Below are positions 56,764 to 64,000 of a DNA stretch of 64,000 bases, piece after piece. The position numbers and the translations under genes are program-made. Below the pieces are notes generated by a model. That model was not told the DNA's origin and ran no database searches. It worked only from the letters and a program-made list of their open reading frames with translations. The DNA lies in assembly GCA_963666285.1 (NCBI GenBank), contig OY762711.1; one strand, 5' to 3'. Source of the stretch: Sedimentisphaerales bacterium (GTDB taxonomy: Bacteria > Planctomycetota > Phycisphaerae > Sedimentisphaerales > SM23-30). Numbering within the stretch: the first letter of the stretch is position 1; each line of letters starts with the position of its first letter.

Positions 56764-57354
56764 ATGAATTATATAACTCATAATAACTATAAAATAACAA
56801 GCTCTCCTTCTTATGAACCTGTTACTCTTTCAGAGATGAAAGAACATTTGAGAATAACAGATTCTACTGAGGATGATTTCATAATAACACTAATTCAGGT
56901 TGCTAGAGAATATTGTGAACACTATGAGAACAGGGCTTACTGTCTTCAGACAGTTACAGCCAAATATTCAGCATTTGGAGAGAGAATAATTCTTCCTGTA
57001 AATCCTGTTATAGAAATTGAATCAATAACTTACATAGATAATTCAGGGATAACTCAAACTTTAGATAGTTCTCAATATGAGATTGACAATTATTCTTGTC
57101 CTGCTTTTGTTTATCCTGCCTATGGAATTAGTTTTCCTAATGTTAGAGATGTCCCTAATCCTATTACAATTACTTATACAGCGGGATATGATGCAGAACC
57201 TTCATTAGGAGAAGATGTTCCTGCAAGGGTTAAACATGCTATTAAGTTACTAGTTGGACATTTGTATGAACACAGGGAAGAAAACTCTGAAATGATTTTA
57301 ACTAATATTCCTTTTGGAGTTAAAAACTTATTATGTGAAAGAGTCTTTTTATAA
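56764..57354 (+). CDS. Head-tail connector
   Basis: EPVTLSEMKEHLRI, HLYEHRE; homologue of 22736. Confidence 0.93.
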   Translation: MNYITHNNYKITSSPSYEPVTLSEMKEHLRITDSTEDDFIITLIQVAREYCEHYENRAYCLQTVTAKYSAFGERIILPVNPVIEIESITYIDNSGITQTLDSSQYEIDNYSCPAFVYPAYGISFPNVRDVPNPITITYTAGYDAEPSLGEDVPARVKHAIKLLVGHLYEHREENSEMILTNIPFGVKNLLCERVFL

Positions 57355-57369
57355 GGGAAAAGGGAAATA

Positions 57370-59253
57370 ATGAAAATAGGTAAACTGAGACATTATATAG
57401 AACTTCAATCTTATAATACTACAAGAAATGTAGTTGGAGAAGTTCAAAAAGTATGGACTACTTATGCTTCTGTATGGGGACAGATTTCACCTGTTTCTTC
57501 TTCTAATTATGAGGCGGGAGAAAAAGAAAATTATGAACTGACTCATAAAATAGTTGTTAGATATAATGGAACAATCAATTATAAAGATAGAATTAAATAT
57601 AATGATGACTATTATGAAATAGTTGAAATAATCAATTATGACCATAGAAAAGTATATCAGATAATAAAAGTTAAACAGGTCTTCCCTGAAGATAATGATA
57701 CTTATGAAATAGACTATTCAGGACATTACTCAGAACTAGTTAACTATGTTGATGAGGATGAAGGATTTATATTTTTAGATTCTGATAATTGGGTTTTATA
57801 TACTAGAAATTCAACTGCTTATACAGGCTCTAACTTATTAGATTGTTTTAATTCCTCTTCTATAGAATTAGCTCAAGTTAGTTCAGGAACATCAGGAACA
57901 AGTGGAACTTCAGGTGTATCAGGTAGCAGTGGAAGCTCAGGAACATCAGGAGTAAGTGGGATTAGTGGAACATCAGGCTCAAGTGGTAGTTCAGGGACTT
58001 CAGGTATAAGCGGAGCTTCAGGTTCTTCTGGAACAAGTGGAAGCTCTGGAACCTCAGGTATCTCATCAGTTCAACCTTTTTTAGGTTCTACTAGTTCTTA
58101 TGCTCAAGGAAACATACAGACAGATTCTTCTTTCTTTGAGTATATAACTACAATAAAAATATATGATACGTTATTAAACAAAGATGGACAGAATATAGGA
58201 TTATGGTTCAATTCCATGTATTCAAATCCATATATTAAAATTGTCAATTCTGATGACCCTTCAAAGTATGGAATCTATGAAGTTTTAGGAGTTATACATG
58301 ATGGAAACTTTTATTCCTTTGATGTTTCAGTAGTTGAATCTAATAGTTTTTTTTCCAGTGGATATGATACTCTTTATGTTTCTTATGTAGGAATATCAGG
58401 AACTTCAGGGACAAGTGGATCTTCAGGAAGCTCAGGAGTTTCAGGTTCATCAGGTTCAAGTGGTAGTTCAGGAACATCAGGTAGTTCAGGAACATCAGGA
58501 GCAAGTGGAGCCTCAGGTTCTTCAGGGACTAGTGGAACCTCAGGTATTTCATCAGTTAATCCTTTTACAGGCTCTACAAGTTCATACTCTTCAGGGTTCT
58601 TGTGGGCTGATATGAGTATGTATGAATATATAACTACTATTAGAATAAGTTCTAATTTATTAAATAATAATGGACAAGATATAAGTTCATGGTTTGAAGG
58701 ATTATATTCTTATCCATATATAAAATTGACAAACAAGAATTATCCTACTGATTATGGAGTATATGAAATAACTAATATAACTTATAACTATTCTTCATAT
58801 TACTATGAATTGAGTGTTAATTATATAAAGGGTTCAGGTTATTTCTCTTCAGGAATAGATACAGTTAATTTTTCAATTTCAGGGGAAAAGGTGAATTATA
58901 TGCCAAAACTAATATATATGAGTGGAAAGACTCTTAGTGAGTCACCAACAATGACTAATATTTCAGATTCTTCTAATTGGAATGTAAATAGTTCTATTAT
59001 AAAAGCTATTAAGGTCCAAACTGATTCTACTGATTGGGACTTGGAACTATGGACCAATGATTCAGGAAGTGATACAGGTATTTATGATGAAGGAAAGATT
59101 ACAGTTGCTTCTTCTTTATCTGGGGACCAAGTTCTATTATTAGATTTACCTTATAAAGATAATGACTCTTCTAAAGAGGTCCATTTGATGTTTTATGATA
59201 ATGATTCAGGAACTACTCATTTAATTGATATATATGGGGTAGAAGGAAACTAA
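57370..59253 (+). CDS. Head closure protein fused to (Ser-Gly-X)n repeats and duplicated domains
   Basis: First ~105 aa homologous to 23293; then two SGX blocks, each followed by a similar ~105-aa domain. Confidence 0.88.
   Translation: MKIGKLRHYIELQSYNTTRNVVGEVQKVWTTYASVWGQISPVSSSNYEAGEKENYELTHKIVVRYNGTINYKDRIKYNDDYYEIVEIINYDHRKVYQIIKVKQVFPEDNDTYEIDYSGHYSELVNYVDEDEGFIFLDSDNWVLYTRNSTAYTGSNLLDCFNSSSIELAQVSSGTSGTSGTSGVSGSSGSSGTSGVSGISGTSGSSGSSGTSGISGASGSSGTSGSSGTSGISSVQPFLGSTSSYAQGNIQTDSSFFEYITTIKIYDTLLNKDGQNIGLWFNSMYSNPYIKIVNSDDPSKYGIYEVLGVIHDGNFYSFDVSVVESNSFFSSGYDTLYVSYVGISGTSGTSGSSGSSGVSGSSGSSGSSGTSGSSGTSGASGASGSSGTSGTSGISSVNPFTGSTSSYSSGFLWADMSMYEYITTIRISSNLLNNNGQDISSWFEGLYSYPYIKLTNKNYPTDYGVYEITNITYNYSSYYYELSVNYIKGSGYFSSGIDTVNFSISGEKVNYMPKLIYMSGKTLSESPTMTNISDSSNWNVNSSIIKAIKVQTDSTDWDLELWTNDSGSDTGIYDEGKITVASSLSGDQVLLLDLPYKDNDSSKEVHLMFYDNDSGTTHLIDIYGVEGN
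57883..58062 (+). repeat. (Ser-Gly-X) x20 coding repeat
   Basis: 9-bp period TCAGGAACA-type units. Confidence 0.93.
58396..58548 (+). repeat. (Ser-Gly-X) x17 coding repeat
   Basis: 9-bp period units. Confidence 0.93.
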
Positions 59254-60528
59254 GGGGGATAAATGGCAACATTTGAATTAGGCTCATTAGGCTCTTCCTT
59301 ACTAGAGGTAAGAGAAGGGACAGGAACCTTAGAACAATTATATCAGGATTTTTATACAGCTGCTGGAAATGCTGAAACATATATGAGTAAGACAGGTTCA
59401 GACCCTTATACTTATTCTATTCATGGAAACAGGGAATTAGAATTAGAAAGTGGAGTTACACTAAACATTACTAATACAGGTGATACTCTTCAATGGGATT
59501 CAAGAACAGGAAGTGACTCTCCTGTAATAGACCACCAAAGAGGAGCAGTATTAAATATAGGAGAAGGAGTAACTATAGATTTTGATACTTCTATTACTAG
59601 AACTTGGTATTCAATTTCTTATTTTGAAGGAACAACTAATTTCCAAGGGACAAGTTCAAATCCTATTACATTAAAGAATCTGTTCTCACTTTACATATAT
59701 AATAGAGAAGGAGAACTTCACACTTGGGACTATGTAAATATAGAGGATGGGAGCTACTCTACTTATAATGGATTGTTACAGTTATATTATACTAATAATT
59801 CTCAGAATGAGAACTCATTCACTAATATCTATATATCTGAAACTATTTCTCCAACTACTTCTTCTGCAAGAGGATTAGGATTAGCTATATATGGGGATTG
59901 GTCCAAAACAACATTAAATAATATAACTATAGATGGAACTTATTATGGAGCCAAGTTTGAAGGAGCTATATGTAAACTTTCTAATTTAACTATTAAGAAT
60001 ACTTATGGAGACCCTATATATGATACTTATAATTGCGGTTGGCTTCCTAAGTGGTATTATAACCCAGACATAGCCAATGAAGATTCAATGTTTTACAATT
60101 CCTTCAATCAGCCTAAAGTTACATTTGACAATTGCACCTTCCAAGACAATAAACAATCAGGAGGAAACTATCAGTTCTATTATTCTAAAGCTAGCATAAT
60201 AAAACTTAAAGATTGCACTTTTTCTTATACATTAGGAGGAGTTTCAGGGAGAGGGATATCTAGTTATTATGGAACTAAATGTCTATTAGAAGGAACTCAG
60301 ACATATAACAATATCTCTATAGATAGATACTGGTATTATAATGGTTCTATACATTGGACAAAGACTTTAGATTTAACTGTTGAAGATGTTTCAGGGAACC
60401 CTATAGAAGGAGCCTCAATAACTATTCAACAATCTCAAGGATATGAAAGAGAAACTCTCTATTCAGATTCTAATGGAGAAGTATTAGATGTATTTGGAGA
60501 TTTACCTGTTTTTGTTGAGAAAATAGAA

Positions 60529-61955
60529 GTAAACTTTCGCATTTTTTATAGTGTATTTAAGCCGCTGGAGCCAGAGCATCCAGCAGAAACGTATATTTTT
60601 TATCATGAACGGCCGAATTACCGAACATATATTTAATTCTTTCACTCCAAAGTTCCCTTCGGAGGTCAGCGATAGCATCGGCGAAGCTCGGAGTCTCTTT
60701 GTGTTGATACCATGGCTGAACAAAGAAGTATTGTTCATTGGGTTTCTTGGTCAGATACCTCAACCAGACCATCGAGTACAGCCAGAGTCCAAGACCAGCG
60801 GCTCTTTCTGGTCCTTTGCCCTTATATGTCTGCAGCTGTTGAACACCGAGCAGCTGTTTAGTGTTCTTGAACGTATCTTCAATAGCCCAGCGATCGGCAT
60901 AACAGGTCAAAACTTCCTCAGGCGCCATAGTAATATCTGTCGTAAAGAAAAAGTCATCTTTTTCCTTACCTTCAGGGTCTCTACATATAACAACAAGGAT
61001 TGGTTTGCGAGTTACCTTATACCAGAGAGCAATACGAGTATAAACCAGCCTTTCAATAATCGTACCTCTCTGACTAAACTCAACTGTTCTCCAATTTCTG
61101 ATATGGGCAGCCATTTTTTCCAACTTAGCCAGTTTTTGCCCTCTACAGCGAGGTCTGCCACGGGTTTTCTCTTTAACTTTAGGCGGCAGCTCAAACAGAT
61201 CGGCATTACGCCTGATTCGAGAGATAATGGTAACATTCTCAAGATTCTTTCCAGCCAGAGTAGCATAAAACCCGTCTGCTACAAGCCTTATACGCCTGTT
61301 TGGAAGCCATTGGCATATTTCATTAATGATTTGTACCGCCAGTTCAATCAAGGATTCTTCTCCTTTGCGATGCAACCGCATATTGACCGGCAGTGCCAGA
61401 GGTTCGCCACCCCAAGATGGTTGAATTTGCAGACACGTTACTACCAAATTCAAACCCCAGGCATATACTATTCTTTTCTTGGTAGAACGAACGGCATCTC
61501 TCCAGAATCCGGCTCCATGGACTTTTGGACCGCTTCGATGAAACAGGGTGTCGTCCATGGACAGAGTGATTGTTCCTTTGGGACAGAATCTTTGAACCAT
61601 AATCAGGGTGAGCATCTTCCACATCCGGCTCAGAGACCAGCGGCAATCTGGAAAGAAACGATGATATGCATCGTGAGCTCGTTCGCCCAGCGGGTCTGCG
61701 TAGGGTATTATGCCTGTTATCGTGCGGCGAGTAGTGCACAATATCCAACCAATTACCACCCGGCAGAAGATTTGTGCCCCCGGCTCTGTAAAAATTGGAA
61801 AAAATTGTTGAATAAATTGCGTCCATGTCGAATAATATTGATAGTACATATCGGCCTCCGTGTCCTATTGTTATCAATCATTAAAGACATCGGATCGCCG
61901 ATATTTTTTTGTTTATATTTTCAAATTTTAACCCTCAAAAAGTGCGAAAGTTTAC
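60529..61955 (-). mobile_element. IS701-like (DDE) insertion sequence
   Basis: TIR GTAAACTTTCGCA(T/C)TTTTT, 18/19 match; 5-bp TAGAA duplication (60524-60528, 61956-61960). Confidence 0.93.
60557..61849 (-). CDS. DDE transposase
   Basis: MDDT, VADGFYA, YADRWAIEDTFKNTKQLLG. Confidence 0.93.
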   Translation of the reverse strand: MYYQYYSTWTQFIQQFFPIFTEPGAQIFCRVVIGWILCTTRRTITGIIPYADPLGERAHDAYHRFFPDCRWSLSRMWKMLTLIMVQRFCPKGTITLSMDDTLFHRSGPKVHGAGFWRDAVRSTKKRIVYAWGLNLVVTCLQIQPSWGGEPLALPVNMRLHRKGEESLIELAVQIINEICQWLPNRRIRLVADGFYATLAGKNLENVTIISRIRRNADLFELPPKVKEKTRGRPRCRGQKLAKLEKMAAHIRNWRTVEFSQRGTIIERLVYTRIALWYKVTRKPILVVICRDPEGKEKDDFFFTTDITMAPEEVLTCYADRWAIEDTFKNTKQLLGVQQLQTYKGKGPERAAGLGLWLYSMVWLRYLTKKPNEQYFFVQPWYQHKETPSFADAIADLRRELWSERIKYMFGNSAVHDKKYTFLLDALAPAA

Positions 61956-62152
61956 TAGAAACCTCATTAAATAATTATACTAATTGGTCTGATTCAATTT
62001 CTTCAGGCAGATATCATTTAATTACTATCTCAAAGGAAGGATTTCAGACATGGACAAGGAAAGTAGAGTTCACTTCTGATTTAACTATTACAGCAAAATT
62101 AAATTCTGAAATTGGAACAAGGAATATTGCTCAATAAAGGAGAAATATATAT

Positions 62153-62548
62153 ATGGGAATATTAAACAAAAACTTTATAGAAGATAAGGATTTTATCCTT
62201 AAAAGGAATCTAGCAAGAATTGACAAGATAAACAGGGTTCTCTATTCAAAAATTAAAAATATGATTAAAACAAGTTTTAATTTAGTGTGGGATAATCCTG
62301 AAGGTCTAACTCCTCAAGAAATCTTAGATGGTTTTGGAACTGATGCAGGAGAATTATTTATTTTTTCCGCACAAATGCAAACATTATTATTAACTGTTAA
62401 TCCTGATTATGAGTTCCTAACTCCTCCTTACAACTATGTTATCAATCCTGATGGAACTGTTACAGTAGGAGAAAAGATAGAAGAAGATAATCCTTCTGAT
62501 ATTACTGAGGAACTTGAGCCTGAGATAGTGGAGGAAGATATTATTTAA
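62153..62548 (+). CDS. Hypothetical protein
   Basis: AAGGAG RBS; TAATG coupling to the gp10-like gene. Confidence 0.7.
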   Translation: MGILNKNFIEDKDFILKRNLARIDKINRVLYSKIKNMIKTSFNLVWDNPEGLTPQEILDGFGTDAGELFIFSAQMQTLLLTVNPDYEFLTPPYNYVINPDGTVTVGEKIEEDNPSDITEELEPEIVEEDII

Positions 62549-62991
62549 TGAAAGTTAAGGGATTAAAAGAACTAGAGAAGAAACTAAAGAGGATGGAAAA
62601 AAAGGATGCAAAGAAGGCAGTAAGAAAAGGTGTTAGGGAAGCTCAGAAGATAACACAAAAGGTAGCTAAGTCTAATTCTCAATCTATGGTTGGTGGAGAA
62701 ATGGGACAAAAGATTTCTGGTGCTCTAAAGGTTAAACCTATTAACAAACAAAAGAAGGGTTATTATGCTCTTCAGGTTGGAATAGACCCTAATAAATCTG
62801 ATGAGTTTGTTCATATTACAGAAGATGGAACTCGTTATTATATTCCTACTGCAATTGAATATGGACACAGGAAACAAGGAGGAGGGACCGTCCCTGCTAT
62901 ACCTTTTATGAAAAAGGCTTCAGATGAAACTGAGCAACAGAGAATAAAGAAAATGGTCCAGGTTATTAAAAAAGAAGTTGAGAAAAAGTAA
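62548..62991 (+). CDS. HK97 gp10-like tail component
   Basis: SMVGGEMG.KISGALKVK and YIPTAIEYGH shared with 23610. Confidence 0.9.
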   Translation: MKVKGLKELEKKLKRMEKKDAKKAVRKGVREAQKITQKVAKSNSQSMVGGEMGQKISGALKVKPINKQKKGYYALQVGIDPNKSDEFVHITEDGTRYYIPTAIEYGHRKQGGGTVPAIPFMKKASDETEQQRIKKMVQVIKKEVEKK

Positions 62992-63750
62992 ATGTTAGAA
63001 ATAGCCTTATATAACTTATTATCTTCAGATACTACTATTGAAGGGATAGTAGGAGAAAAGATTTATCCTATTTTAGCAGATGAATCTGTAAGAGAGCCTT
63101 ATATAGTTTATCAGGTTTTAACTACTTCTCCTACTCATACATTAACTGATTCTGTTGATTTGGTTAAAGCAAGTGTTCAAGTTTCCTGTTGGACTGATTC
63201 ATATTATGACAGTCTAACATTGTCTCAAGCTGTAAGGGATGCACTAGATAATTATTCAGATTTGGAAAATCCTTCCATGGGAGAAGATTATTTTCAATGT
63301 ATTCATTTAGAAGATGAGGGAGATTTATTCGATTATAACAAGGGTGTTGATAAATCTAAGAAATTCGGGAGAAGATTAAACTTTTCTGTTTGGTATAACA
63401 GGAATGTTAGCCTAGAAGGAAGGACATTCTTAACATATGGAACTGATGGAAATTATTTAGTTGCTAATATTGAAACAGTTACAAATGATTATTCTATTAG
63501 TGAGGATGATTATACTATTTTAGTTAATTGTTCTTCTGGTCCAATTACTTTAACACTTCCTTCTTCTCCTGTACAAGGGCAAGTTTTTGTCATAAAGATG
63601 ATAGATAGTTCAGGGGGAATATGCACAATTCAAGGTAATGGGAAAATGATAGATGGTTCTTCTTCATTTTTGATATTAACCACCTTAAAAGCATTGACCA
63701 TTCAATATGATGAAAATTATGAATGGGCAGTTATAAATAGCACAAATTAA
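62992..63750 (+). CDS. Tail terminator (DUF3168-like) with C-terminal extra domain
   Basis: N-terminus homologous to 24053; extension ...DYTILVNCSSGPITLTLP..P..G..F.IK...IDG. Confidence 0.85.
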   Translation: MLEIALYNLLSSDTTIEGIVGEKIYPILADESVREPYIVYQVLTTSPTHTLTDSVDLVKASVQVSCWTDSYYDSLTLSQAVRDALDNYSDLENPSMGEDYFQCIHLEDEGDLFDYNKGVDKSKKFGRRLNFSVWYNRNVSLEGRTFLTYGTDGNYLVANIETVTNDYSISEDDYTILVNCSSGPITLTLPSSPVQGQVFVIKMIDSSGGICTIQGNGKMIDGSSSFLILTTLKALTIQYDENYEWAVINSTN

Positions 63751-63822
63751 AGAAGGACTTTTTTAAGTTCTTCAGAATATAAGATTGAGAAAATTGAGTT
63801 ATCCTTTTAGGAGGGATTTTAC

Positions 63823-64000
63823 ATGGCAAGTTCAGGCACACATGGACACGGAACAACTCTATCAGGTTCATCATTAGGAACAGTTGGAGAAGTTATAGAT
63901 ATTGATTTGGGTGGAATTGAAGCAACTGATATAGATTTAGGTTCTATGGATTCAACAGACAAGTATAAAGATTTTATTTCTGGGATGATAGATGCGGGAG
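63823..64000 (+). CDS. Major tail tube protein (3' truncated)
   Basis: Manual translation MASSGTHGHGTTLSGSSLGTVGE...MDSTDKYKDFISGMIDAG matches 24509. Confidence 0.92.
   Translation, partial: MASSGTHGHGTTLSGSSLGTVGEVIDIDLGGIEATDIDLGSMDSTDKYKDFISGMIDAG

Larger units (their letters stand above)
59263..62137 (+). pseudogene. Beta-helix protein with C-terminal carboxypeptidase-regulatory-like fold, interrupted by IS
   Basis: VTFDNCTF/LKDCTF repeats, V.DVSGNPIEGA; removing the IS restores ...FVEKIE|TSLNNYTNW...ITISKEGF. Confidence 0.85.
37146..64000 (+). mobile_element. Prophage 2 (AT-rich, IS-damaged); left boundary may be the att at 32753, right end outside window
   Basis: HNH, terS, terL, GT, portal, S49, capsid, connector, closure, gp10, terminator, tube, syntenic with prophage 1. 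Confidence 0.92.

Noticed and set aside
60551..62137. 528-aa + strand ORF
   Set aside because: Antisense shadow of the transposase that runs into the true 3' end of the interrupted gene 59263; no recognisable motif of its own
43789..64000. Prophage 2 as an assembly duplication of prophage 1
   Set aside because: DNA, base composition, capsid sequence and gene content differ greatly

Overview
The window holds two related HK97-fold, siphovirus-like prophages in tandem, both on the + strand, separated by the 3' half of a tRNA-Arg(ACG) that looks like an att core (~32706-32753). Prophage 1 (<1-~32753) runs from an excisionase through recombination/replication genes (Gp157, ERF, SSB, helicase, primase), DNA-modification genes, packaging, head and a short tail, and ends in a reverse-strand PIN-domain moron. 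After the att come two host-like surface-protein genes (a large Ca-binding/beta-helix protein and a PEP-CTERM protein, suggestive of a Phycisphaerae/Sedimentisphaerales planctomycete; inference). Prophage 2 (~37000 or earlier to >64000) is AT-rich and CpG-poor, with two methyltransferases, an iteron origin and a syntenic head-tail module; two IS701-like elements interrupt its terminase and a virion gene. The most notable system: both prophages carry, between terL and portal, a ~1200-aa protein made of four GT-A glycosyltransferase domains plus a methyltransferase, followed by a DUF616-like glycosyltransferase. Its first domain carries the motif series of eukaryotic polypeptide GalNAc-transferases (GT27), and each phage encodes a probable virion protein with long Ser-rich tracts. 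This suggests a phage-encoded, mucin-like virion O-glycosylation system. All family calls are by-eye motif recognition, not database hits.
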